A stretch of DNA of 64,000 bases. It comes from Octopus sinensis (Eukaryota). The translations under genes and the position numbers were made by a program. The notes beneath the pieces were generated by a model that saw only the letters and a program-made list of their open reading frames with translations, was not told where the DNA came from and searched no databases. The stretch lies in assembly GCF_006345805.1 (NCBI RefSeq), contig NC_043001.1, positions 79,360,001 through 79,424,000 of the forward strand, given 5' to 3'. The number at the start of each line of letters is the position of its first letter. Position 1 is the stretch's first letter. Below, one piece after another: positions 12,771 to 25,489 of this stretch.

Positions 12771-14039
12771 AATCCCCTAAAAGAAGAAATATAAAAAACA
12801 ACAGCGCAAGTACGTAGGTGAACAAATTTAAGTAACATATCATTGGACGGTTCGGGTCTTTAGTAGAAGACACATGTTGCAACGCATTGTTACTGAACCC
12901 GGAAATATGCAGTTTAGAAGCAAGCTTCTTACGACACAGCCACGCCAGAAAGTTAGTTACAGGTTATTCAGAACATCTCTCTAAAACTCATAAACTTCCC
13001 ATGAAACTGTTCTCTGAGTGTATAAATTAATACGTATATTAGTGATAAAGTATCTTGGAGTTGTTTTCCGTTGTCTTGGTATTGGATATAAGTGCAGTAT
13101 TATTTATTTTCTATCTGCTCATTTGCACAATAAACTAATACTTTCACAAGGTAATTATCACTGAGAGGATAATTGTTATCATAACACAATTACTTGTCGG
13201 AAAAGAGGCAATGTTATTTGCATTGCAGAGTCTTTTCCAATTATAATCGTTTACAAAGCGAATTACTTAGAGCAATAAAAGCAAATTTTATCTATTCTTG
13301 TAATGAAAAAAAAGTCAACACGTATATTTCAGCAGAAACCCAAGAGATTAATCTAAGGAGCACTGACTATTTTCGCTCTTAAACTTAAATTGTAAGGATT
13401 ATTGAAACACACCATATTCGGAAATCTGTTCATAAGCTTTCAGGTGATAGGATTGGCAATTTTAAAAATCGTATCTGTAAACTGACTGTTGAATAGCGCT
13501 TCTCATTGAAAACAAGAAGCACCCAGAAAGGTTTTTTCGACTAAGGGCAATGAAATGGTACGCCTACATATAAATACAATTAAATTTTGCAGTGTATTAA
13601 GTGGATAGTGAGAACCTAAGTTTATATATTGTGCTGAATCAAACATTTTACAATAATTTGGTGACTTATTTGCCTTATTCGTTTCGCTTCGAAGAACAAG
13701 AATTGGTATCAGAGTGGGAACAAGAATTGGTATCAGAAAGGTGGTTTCAGAAGGTGCAACATGATGGCCGCTACTTGAATGCCAAGATGCTTTAGGTATA
13801 ACTTGACGAATAAAGCGAAGCAAGTTACCAAAATATTGCAAAACATTTGACTCAGTAGAAAAGAATAATTTTTCACTATTTTTTATTTTGTCGGGAATGT
13901 AAATTTCTAGTATTTAAATTTAAATTCATATCTAAAACAATTAACTCATCTAAGATCATAAATGATTGGAATCTTTAAACACATTTCGTCAAACGATATT
14001 ACCAAGCATCTTGTAAAACTATCCATTCTAGCCATTCGT

Positions 14040-14220
14040 TTTCTCTGCAGATGCTTTTACATAAAACCGCAATTTTTTTATGCCCAACGTAGCTTGACTA
14101 ATTCGATGTCTCAATATAGAGAAGATAATAAATATTTTATTTGGACAACTTTTACTTCATTGTATAAAATCGACATTTCAAACAGCTGTTTTTTCCACTT
14201 TAGTTTTTCATTTCAGTTGG
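14040..14220 (-). pseudogene. Possible decayed GIY-YIG endonuclease of a Penelope-like element
   Basis: Single minus frame CLKC...NIYYLLYIETSN*SSYVGH with in-frame stops; IY-x-YVG spacing is GIY-YIG-like. Confidence 0.35.
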
Positions 14221-14454
14221 CATAATGTATACCTTAAAATTTCTCAATTTCCTTTCCTTTATTCCGGCTAAACTGATTTTTAGTTCAGATTTCAATTTTA
14301 TTATTCACGTTAATATATTGAATTTCTCACTATTTATACATAGTTGTAAATGTCTCCAATTCTTCCCTATATATATACATATAATAATAAATATTATTGC
14401 AATACAATAGTATTATTTTCCGGCTAAATAAAGCACGTTGTTGTGTCACTATTT

Positions 14455-14533
<79 letters not shown>

Positions 14534-14774
14534 GTGTGTGTGTCTGTGTGTCTGTTGTGTGTATGTGTGTGTGTGCGTGTGTGTGTGTACACGTGAGTGT
14601 GCAATTTATAGGAAAGATGCAGGGCAATACTTACAAGGTAGCTAAATGTGGCTTAAATGTCGTAGGAAACAATTTGATTCCGGGATAAGTAAGTCGTATT
14701 TAGGAGAAAATAGGCTAAATTGAAAAAGGAGACAAACGCTCAGGATGTTATTAAAACTGTTATATCTTCATACC

Positions 14775-14857
14775 TTCAACATATGTTTCGATGGATGCAT
14801 TCAAAATACGCCCGACAAGAAGAAATATCGTCAGTTATGCATCAGTCTCATCAGGAA
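14775..14857 (-). ncRNA. Type I hammerhead ribozyme motif
   Basis: Minus UUC-CUGAUGA-GACUGAUGCAU...AUGCAUCCAUC-GAAAC-AUAU-GUU-GAA; stem I 3 bp; palindrome ACAUAUGU. Confidence 0.72.
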
Positions 14858-15052
14858 CTATATAAACAAAAGGCTCTCATCAAATAGTTATTTTTACATA
14901 TATGGGAAGCCCTGGAAATTATGACGTATTTATATGCATATTCACGCTCACGTCCAAACATGCCTAAATACAACATGCATAAATAAGCATATGGTTTGCA
15001 AAATTATTTATGGTAGTTCCTGTGTTGAAGCATATTCTGTTATGTTTGTATG

Positions 15053-15090
<38 letters not shown>

Positions 15091-15292
15091 ACGTGTTTTT
15101 TTCCTTTAGCGGGTAAATAATATGTGGAAATTGACGATTTAATAGTCTGTTATCAGCATATTGGCATTAAAATAATTTTCTTTAGCCCTCATTTATAAGT
15201 TGTTTATAATTTTAACCGTAAAGGTATTTTAATATGCTGCCACATTTTTTTATGGAATTTTTTTCTGTAGAAAAAGTTTCATCCTATATTAG

Positions 15293-15421
<129 letters not shown>

Positions 15422-15470
15422 TAAGTATAGGAAAGAATGGAGCTGAACGAAGATTTAACAAAGTTCCTTT

Positions 15471-15556
15471 ATTTTCGACATATGTTTCGAAGTCTGCAAA
15501 ATCCCTAATTCCGAATGAATAAGGAGTCCATTATGCAGCTTTCTCTTCAGGAAAAT
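15471..15556 (-). ncRNA. Type I hammerhead ribozyme motif (antisense arm of foldback)
   Basis: Reverse complement of 15653-15738. Confidence 0.82.
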
Positions 15557-15652
15557 CCAGGAACTTAATACTCCAACATTATCTCTATGGGCTCCTAGTG
15601 AGCAGTCATCGAAAAACTTGTTGTGCATTTTGTTGGAGAATTAAATTCCTGG

Positions 15653-15738
15653 ATTTTCCTGAAGAGAAAGCTGCATAATGGACTCCTTATTCATTCGGAA
15701 TTAGGGATTTTGCAGACTTCGAAACATATGTCGAAAAT
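15653..15738 (+). ncRNA. Type I hammerhead ribozyme motif (sense arm of foldback)
   Basis: AUUUUC-CUGAAGA(15659-15665)-GAAAGCUGCA...UGCAGACUUC-GAAAC-AUAU-GUC-GAAAAU; 6-bp stem I, G-C base of stem II, palindrome ACAUAUGU. Confidence 0.85.
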
Positions 15739-15941
15739 AAAATAAAGGAACTTTGTTAAATCTTCGTTCAGCTCCATTCTTTCCTATACTTAATATATTA
15801 AATTAAACTTCAAATTTCCGCACTAAGGCACGGATTTTATGCCCTATGGTCGTAACTTCAACCGTGCTTTTTCTGTTGTGAGTTTGCTACCCAGGTATCG
15901 GTTATCTTTCGAATTATCCGTAATAAGATAATTCATTTGTC

Positions 15942-16028
<87 letters not shown>

Positions 16029-16164
16029 ATATTATATTAAATTAGAGACAAAACCACTATTAGGCAAATCATACAATGAAAAACTTAAGCCAATACATAA
16101 GATTATTTAATTTATATTATTTAAATATATAACAAAATTATAAAAAAAGATATAATTAATATAA

Positions 16165-16228
16165 CACTACGATCGTTTCATGGCTGTTAATGTCTTTAAA
16201 TTTTTGAGTTACAGTCATTCATCAGGTG
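16165..16228 (-). ncRNA. Minimal type I hammerhead ribozyme motif
   Basis: Minus CAC-CUGAUGA-AUGACUGU...ACAGCCAU-GAAAC-GAUC-GUA-GUG; 3-bp stem I, 7/8-paired stem II, palindrome ACGAUCGU. Confidence 0.8.
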
Positions 16229-17160
16229 GTTTAAATATTTAAATATTTAAACCTCGCCAAGATGATATTTAAACCACCTGATGAATGACTGTAACTCGAA
16301 AATTTAAAGATGTACATATGTGTCCTTATTTATATTTTACCAACACGAATATGTATGTATGCAAACATATACACACTCATGCATACATACATACTTACAC
16401 ATACACTCATACTTATACGCACAGCGCATACATAAGTACGTACGTATATGTTAATAGACGTTTACGACCATCTTAGATGCTTAAACATACGCTCACATAC
16501 ACGCACAAGAGCATACACATCCAAAAACATATATAGACGCAAACACCTACTTGCATGCACAGATACACATTTACTTAAGGGCATATACACGTTTATAGAC
16601 AAACATAGCATACATATATACAAGAGCAAAAACAGATTTATACACATATACATATATGGAAAGAGAAGTATTGAGGGAAGACTTAAATTTTAAAAGTGTA
16701 TTTAAGGAAATATACTTCATAGGATGAGAGAAGAAGAAAAAGTATTGAAAGACAGGGATGGGGAAAAGAGAAAACGAGGTACAAATGAGAGAAAGAAAGA
16801 GGTGAGTGTACCAGGCAAAATTGTATAGATAAAGTTTATGGGAAGTGAGACAGAAGAATAAAGAAAACATAATTTGGAGAAAATTATTATTAGATAATGG
16901 GTAGATATATTTGAAAAAAGACAACTGAAGAAATGTTTTTTCGAGTGTGCACATTTGTAAACTCTCTCCGTAAATATGTTTACCTGTTTATGCTTGGAAA
17001 AGGGAATAAAAAATTGCTCTTCCGTACAAAGAGGACAACAATATTCGCTTTACCATAGATAAAATTTTCCATTCTAAAGAAAAAGTCTTTAATGTACATG
17101 ATTAGTTTACTACATATATATATGTGTGTGTGTGTGTGCGTGTGTGTATATATATATCTC

Positions 17161-17219
<59 letters not shown>

Positions 17220-17360
17220 GATATATAGATATATATATATATAGATATATATATATATTATTCCCTATATATATATATATATATATCTGTATATAATTTT
17301 TGTATATGTATCTATGTCTTTCTCTCTCTCTCTCTCTATATATATATATAAAAACAAAGT

Positions 17361-18465
17361 GAGCAACAGGATATCAAGAAGTGATGCAGTACAACCGTTT
17401 CAAGCGACTCCGTTTAATTGAACAATGCAATCAATTCCAAGAAAAGCCTGAAGCCCACTGGGATCAGAGCTTGTAAAGGATTGTGGTTCATTTCTAATTT
17501 ATTTGTCCCTTTATCAACTACTAAATCTAAGACTAGAGAAGTAAAGTATGTTTGAAGTAAAGAGTAAGACTGAGTTGTCAGCAAGGTATGGTCATAAATA
17601 TTATCAATGATTTAGGAGTACTAAATTCGATATAAAGTAATTTTTTGTAAAAGGAGGCTGAGTAGGGAAGACCCTAAATCATGATGTTGATTACTAGTTA
17701 AATTGGCAAAACTCTAATGAAACCTATGATGTTAATACAGAGGAAATTTCATCACGGAGTACTATGTGTGATTGTTTATAACCAATACTATTAGGTTATA
17801 TAAAAATAAATTTAAGATCTTCCTAAATGATATCATAACCAAAATAGGTAAAGTGCGTGTATATATCAGTTTTTAACATTTAAAAGGAAAGATTATTTAG
17901 CATCAGTTTAATATTCTTTCATGTACTTAATTATTTACTTATTAGACGGTTTCTATATAGCTTGCTCAGAGCATTTACTTAAGGAATACGGGAAGCATAT
18001 ACATGCTATCTACATATTAATTATAAGCCAAGAATCAGAAAAAATAAAGATATGTACAGTTACTCATATTTATCTATGTACACATATACAAACACACACA
18101 CACATATTTATACGTTTATATCGATATAGTATAACCATCTCGCATAGAATTAAGTAACTAAAAAGTATCTATTTACGAACACAAAATTTAACAATTTATA
18201 AGGGATAAGATGTTATGCACATATATGCATATATACACATATACAAATATTTATGCATTTATATGGTATAGTATAACCATTTCGCATAGTACTGAAAAAT
18301 CTCTATTTAAGTACAGTAAAAACTTATAAGGGATAAGAGATTAATACGTAAGGATATCAAAGTAAGAAAACAAAATAATAAGATTTGATGTAATGATTGC
18401 ATTGTTCCGTTAAATGGAGCTGTTTGAAACGGCTGTACTGTATCAATCTTGATATCCTGTTGCTT
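17361..18465. repeat. Diverged ~70-bp inverted repeats bracketing ~960 bp; arms carry the 3' half of a decayed hammerhead
   Basis: 17361-17432 is the reverse complement of 18394-18465 (TGATTGCATTGTTC...GAAACGGYTGTACTG...CTTGATATCCTGTTGCT). Confidence 0.65.
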
Positions 18466-18919
18466 ATTTTGATTTTATTCACTTTACTTCGAGCTGTGCG
18501 GATAATTCCTGACTGACTTGGTACTTCAACTTAAGTACCTAATTCAAATGAATCTGAATTATTTCTTTTATATATTACTTATTATATTATATTATATTTA
18601 ACTTTTTTATACTTTTCGGTTAGATACAAAAAATTTAATTTAAAATTTAAAAATTTAAAAATTTAAAAATATATAAATTTAAGAATATAAAAATTAAAAA
18701 ATATTAAATTTTAATAATTTAAATATTAAATTTTATATTCAATATATATATTATATATTATATTTATTTATTTTTTGTTTTTTATGTTTTGGTTTATGTC
18801 TATCACTGGTTGAGTTGCATAATAGTCGTTTTATCTCTAATTTAATTTATATTTATGCTGTGAAATTTAATTTAATCCTAAATCTAATTTTTCCCTGAAA
18901 GTTTGGATATACACCCTAA

Positions 18920-18964
<45 letters not shown>

Positions 18965-19150
18965 TATAGTACAAAGTAAGATAGGGGTTATGAGGGTATC
19001 CCACTATGGGATATCAGTTATCCAATATACTGCTGGTGAACTACCTAAATACTAAATACATAAATGCTTATAATTGCAATGCAATTAATTCATTTATTGT
19101 ATTGGATGGGTGAAGGTAAAATATTTTACCGTAAATTCATAATACAAGTA

Positions 19151-19687
19151 AGAAAATGGAGGAACAAATTCCTTTCGATCATCAACTTACAGATATTAAA
19201 ATTTCATATTATTTATTAATTATATAAATAGGAACATGAAAATCGAACAAAACAATATACATCAATATGCAAATTAATAATACAATAAAAATAATTCAAA
19301 TAAACTGCTCCTTACAGCTGTTTCAGCCTATGTTCAAGAGGTAATCCACCTTAAATTGCACAAATATGCAAGTATAGTATAGTCATAGGCATTAAAGTTT
19401 ATATTTGTCTGTTTAAATAACCAAAGGCCTCGTCAGAGGATATACATAATTATAAAGTTATAACTTTAATGGCATATATGAGCAATTTAAGGTGGATTAC
19501 CCCTTGACCATGGACTGAAACAGCTGTAAGGAGCAGTTTATTTGCATTATTTTTATTGTATTATTAATTTGCATATTGATGTATATTGTTTTGTTCGATT
19601 TTCATGTTCCTATTTATATAATCAATAAATAATATGAAATTGTAAAATCTGTAAGTTGATGATCGAAATGAATTTGTTCCTCCATTT

Positions 19688-19690
<3 letters not shown>
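19151..19690. repeat. Foldback with ~240-bp arms
   Basis: AGAAAATGGAGGAACAAATT at 19151 vs AATTTGTTCCTCCATTTTCT ending at 19690; arms roughly 90% similar by eye. Confidence 0.92.
19309..19440 (-). ncRNA. Type I hammerhead ribozyme motif with long stem II insert
   Basis: Minus UCCU-CUGACGA-GGCCU...AGGCU-GAAAC-AGCU-GUA-AGGA; 4-bp stem I, palindrome ACAGCUGU. Confidence 0.75.
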
Positions 19691-19727
<37 letters not shown>

Positions 19728-20090
19728 TATATATACCTCCTATATCTTTTCTATCATTCTTTTCTTCAGGTTTCCGTGTCCTTCTTCCTCTAAGTAATGT
19801 TTTCCTCCTTTCATATTATTCATTTGTTCGTTTTGGAATCCTTTTGAATGTTAATGGTTACATGGTGAAACTATAGCAGTATTTCAGTTTCCTATTTAGC
19901 GCAATGTGATTAATTTATAAATTGCCCTTGTATTCAAATATATCTAATATGTCACAACACACACGTGAGTGTGCCAAATACCACTTATAACGTACTTAGT
20001 ACCTAACAAAAGATAACATCAAATTGCAGAGAGACTAAAATGTATGATACTATCTATCTATCTATCTATCTATCTATCTGGATAGATATA

Positions 20091-20149
<59 letters not shown>

Positions 20150-20974
20150 GGTATCACTATCTGGCTGGCTGCTGTATCTATTTATCTATCAATCCATAAA
20201 TATAGATATATAAATAGATAAATAGACAGAGTGAAAGATAGATGTATAGATTGATACATGGATATACATATAGCTAGACAGCTAGATAGATAGATAACTA
20301 AGGATATATAAATATGTATATAAAGGTAAGTACAAACACACACAAATATACATCCAAATATGGATACATGAAAAATGTACGCATATACATACTTACATAC
20401 ATTCATACATACATACATACATGCATACATATGTTTATGTATGTATGTGTGTATGTATGTATGTGTGTATGTATGAATGTATTATGTATGTATGTAGTGC
20501 TTGTATAAATTTAGATTCATAAAACGAGTAGGTATGACAGCAATACGAAAGATAAGCTTAACAAAGACAGATTACTATTGATACAGAACAGTCAAAGAAA
20601 GATGTTTGATTCCATATCATCGATACGGGCTGAACTTTATTGACTGAAAATGCTATGGTTTCTGAGAGAGCTACTGATATTTTGGGCATGACCTATGCCG
20701 GCTAGCAGATTCATCTTTGACGAATCTAGGATAGGCTAAGGTTACTATGTGAGACTCGCACCGCCGTATCTATATAAAACTTGGCGGAATGTGTTCAACG
20801 ATAACATGTGACGGTGGTGGTAGTGATGGTGGTAGTGTTACTGCTTGTAGTGGTTGTAGTAGTGGTAGCCTTGGTAGAGGTGGTGGTGGTGGTTATGATG
20901 TTGATAGTGCATTTCTCTAAATATAGAGGAAATGATTGTACGAATGGATGTATAAGAGACTATGTACAGAAAGA

Positions 20975-21612
<638 letters not shown>

Positions 21613-21715
21613 TGAAGGCGGTGAGCAAGCAAAATCGTTAGCACGCCTGGCGATATGTTAGTGGGTTTTCGTCTGCTGTTACGTTCTGAGTTCAAATTCC
21701 GCCGAGGTCGACATA
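21613..21715 (+). mobile_element. SINE family B 5' fragment
   Basis: GAAGGCGGTGAGC...TTCTGAGTTCAAATTCCGCCGAGGTCGAC. Confidence 0.75.
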
Positions 21716-21759
21716 TGAAAGCATCATGAACATCACCAAAATATCATTAAATAACTGAT

Positions 21760-21945
21760 ACTCTTATTTCTTTATTGCCCACAAGGGGCTAAATATAGAG
21801 GGGACAAACAAAGACAGACAACGAGATTAAGTCGATTATATCGACTCCAGTGCATGACTAGTACTTAATTTATCTACCCCGAAATGATGAAAGGCAAAGT
21901 CAGCCTCGGAGGAATTTGAACTCAGATCGTAGTGGCAGACGAGAA
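21760..21945 (-). mobile_element. SINE family B (alternative tail CCCACAAGGGGCTAAA)
   Basis: GATGAAAGGCAAAGTC...GGAATTTGAACTCAGA. Confidence 0.75.
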
Positions 21946-22158
21946 ATAACTGATACTCTGCGTTTCATGTTCTTGTTCGTCGGACAGTTTGGATTAAGAA
22001 ATCTCAATTGTCCATCGAACAAGAATGTGAAACTGAGTAGCAGTTTTCTGTGAAGCTTTTGTGATGTTCTTGCAGCTTTAATAACAATAAAAATATTACT
22101 CTACATCCGGTTTTCGAGTTCTAGTTTTCCCCACCTTATTTCACGTGCAAGTTCTTAT

Positions 22159-22277
<119 letters not shown>

Positions 22278-22281
22278 TATG

Positions 22282-22323
<42 letters not shown>

Positions 22324-22329
<6 letters not shown>

Positions 22330-22860
22330 ATGGAGGTGGAAATAGCACAGAAGAGAATCCCCTTTTACTTCCAGTTCTTGTGACATTTTCCTGATTTTTC
22401 ATAAGCTCAGATTCATCAAAAACGGTAATATTTCTTAATATAACTTTTAAAATAATTTTTATTAAATTCCCTCTTAAATTGAAATGTCTTACACTTTCTA
22501 CTGTGCTCTTTCCACCTCCATCTGCTATATATAAATATTCGGTTTGTATAGATCTCTAGTCTTTTTTCATCTATGAGTATATTGAAACTTTTTATAGGGA
22601 TAGTTTTATCCACGATACCCTGGTTTAATATTATATTTTTGAAGAGATGTTTCTTCAATATATATATTCTAAAACATCAAGTACTGTCAATAAATTTGAA
22701 AACGGAGAGATTCAATGGATATATATTGATTTATCGATTAATTAACTTTGCCTACAATTGTTTCGCTTCAGGCCCAATTCAAAATACAAAATATATATAT
22801 AGTTAATATAAGTTTGCATTTTGAGTATCCTTGATGGAAAATCTGTAGGGCAAAATAAGC
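22324..22860 (-). mobile_element. Possible 3' remnant of a Penelope-like element
   Basis: Minus FKFIDST..RIYILKKHLFKNIILNQ loosely resembles a GIY-YIG C-terminus, followed downstream by a decayed HHR (UUGAUGA..UCAG-GAAAAU-GUC, 22379-22422) inside ~30-bp inverted repeats (22324-22355 / 22498-22530). Confidence 0.35.
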
Positions 22861-23336
22861 ATTAAAGATTTTATATTTTGATCAGTTGAAATACTCTAAC
22901 AGACTAGGCATATGAAAGCGTGTTTATTGTGTGTGGGTGTGAGTATGTGCATGCGTTAATATTTTTTATTTCTATTTAAATAAAGCAATAATAATAATAA
23001 GGAACTAATGTATATAAGAACAACAATAAAGGATAAAAATAAAGATTAATTATAAAGACCGAAAATAATTGAATATACTAATTATAAAAATAAATAAAAT
23101 GAATATCAAATAAAAGATTTTTCGCAAGACATGGATGCCCACGGTCCATTTTGGTTTATGTGTGAGTGTATGTTCGTGTGTTTATATGTGTGCGCGTATG
23201 CGTATATACCTATGCTTACTGCATAAGTTAATTCATGTGTACGTATTTGTGTATGTATATATGTGTGTGCGTGTACGTATGTGTGTATGTATGTATGTAT
23301 ATATAAATATATGTGTGTATATACACACACACACAT

Positions 23337-23411
<75 letters not shown>

Positions 23412-23540
23412 TATATGTATGTATACTTAAATATATATCAATGTATGGAATATGGTATATATCATATATGTCACAGACTACGTGACCTTGCATGCCTTTT
23501 ATATATATATTTACATATATATAGATAGATAGATATACAT

Positions 23541-23892
23541 GGAGCACGACCTTTAATCGAATAAATCGATCCCAGGGCTTATTTTATCGGTCTCTTTTGC
23601 CGAATCACTAAGTTACAAGGACGTAAAGACACCAGCATCGGTTGTGAAGCAATGTTAGGGGGACAAACACAGACACACAATTATACATGCACACTCACAC
23701 ACGCCCACAAAAAAAATATATACATATATACACCAGGCTTCTTTCAGTTTTCGTCAACCAAATCCACTCACAAGGCTTTGGTCGACCGGAGGCTAGAGTA
23801 GAAGACACTTGCCTAAAGTGCCACGCAGTAGGACTCAACCCGGCACAATGTGGATTGTAAGCAAGCTACTTAGCACACAGCCACTCGTACAC

Positions 23893-23894
<2 letters not shown>
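23541..23894 (-). mobile_element. SINE family A, near full length
   Basis: Tail GGAGCAC..., internal (CA)/(TA) tract, head ending CACACAGCCACTC (A-box TGGCTGTGTG on minus). Confidence 0.82.
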
Positions 23895-23990
<96 letters not shown>

Positions 23991-24012
23991 CTTACAGGCA
24001 TTTGCATATATG

Positions 24013-24046
<34 letters not shown>

Positions 24047-24129
24047 AGAGAGAGAGAGAGTGTGTGTGTTGTCGATGAGGACTTAGCATTTTTAAAATAA
24101 TGAACATGATATCGCCATTAAAACATAAG

Positions 24130-24400
24130 AAATTTTATTGTATCACCTTATACAAATCATTATTACATGAGTCCGAAATATAGTTAACAAAAGACCAAAT
24201 ATTATATTCCACAACACATTCTAGAGCTAGAAATAGAATAAATCTGAAGAATGTTGGCAACAATTGTATTTATGATAATAATAGGAAACACAGTGGACAT
24301 TACTGGCAAGGAATCAACATGAGATATTAGAATAGCTTCTATGCTGTCCTGAGTCCATGCGATACGGAAATCAACATTGTTAGGCGCTGCATACATACTG
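24130..24400 (-). pseudogene. Possible class A GPCR TM1-TM2 pseudogene fragment
   Basis: Minus STVFPIIIINTIVANILQIYSISSSRMCCGI*YLVF..(frameshift)ISDSC resembles TM1 (GN-position AN) and the TM2 YLxxLAxSD motif. Confidence 0.33.
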
Positions 24401-24659
24401 AGAAATTTCATGTAAAATAACAAAGCATTTAACAAGAGTATTTATTTAAGGCTTGTGTTACAAGCTATGTAAATACGAGTATTAACAACGGAACAGCTGT
24501 GAAGACATAGATGCATATACGCACACATACACACAGACAGGCAAACGCACACACGCACATACAAACACACAAACACGCACGTACGCGCACACACACTCAC
24601 ATTTTCATACATGCAAACAGGAAGAAATAATATAATACCAACACTAATGTTCATATTAA

Positions 24660-25090
24660 TCATAGTTGCGATGATGATGATGATGATGGTGGTGGTGTTG
24701 ATCGTGGTGGTAGTGGTGTTGATATGTTGGTGGTCGTGGTGATGATTATAATAATGATAACAAAAATAATCCTTTCTGCTGAAGGCACAAAGCCTGAAAT
24801 TTGGTGGAGAATGGATTAGCCGAGTACATCGAACCCAGTGTTTCATTGGTACTTTATTTATCGACACCGAAAGGATGAAAGGCAAAGCCGTAGTCGACTT
24901 TGCCTATCATCTTTCCGGAGTAGAATATCATCAAAAACAACAACAATAAGAAGAACGATAATAAAAGTGATGATAGTGATGGTAATGATGATGATAACGA
25001 TGATGATAATGATGACGACGCCATCCAGGCTGTTGATAATGATGACTATTTCGATGATGACCATGATGATGATGATGATGTTGATGACGC
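24660..25090. repeat. (GAT/GGT/AAT)n low-complexity tracts flanking a family B SINE
   Basis: Direct reading. Confidence 0.85.
24772..24905 (-). mobile_element. SINE family B 3' fragment
   Basis: GGCACAAAGCCTGAAATTT...AAGGATGAAAGGCAAAG. Confidence 0.7.
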
Positions 25091-25489
25091 CGACTCTAAT
25101 TTGCCACAAGTCCGCAGACAAGACGGACATCATAACGAAAGTCTACAACTTTTGCGAGGGAGTTACATAAAAGCTGAGGGGAAAAGAAAGAAGTTAAACG
25201 TAGACATATTACACAATGTATTATCTTCGCATGAAAGAAGCGGTCCTCCCACACACGTTCTGACAAAATATCCCTATGTTAAAGCAGCAAGGCATCTATT
25301 CTAGATATGTGTAACCATTAAATGTTTCACCAAATATATTATTAATACTAACATGAACGATAACCACGCTTGGAAGATGAAAACATAAAATATTATGTAC
25401 GTTCAACAAAGGCGTATTTATGGATCTCCCATTTTGCAACCATGAAATGTCGTATTCAGTCCCATTGCGGTATTTTGGATAAGTTCCTT

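Noticed and set aside
24244-24296. CUGAAGA...GAAAC-ACA-GUG hammerhead-like match
   Set aside because: The cleavage triplet would be GUG (not NUH), and stems I-III do not pair.
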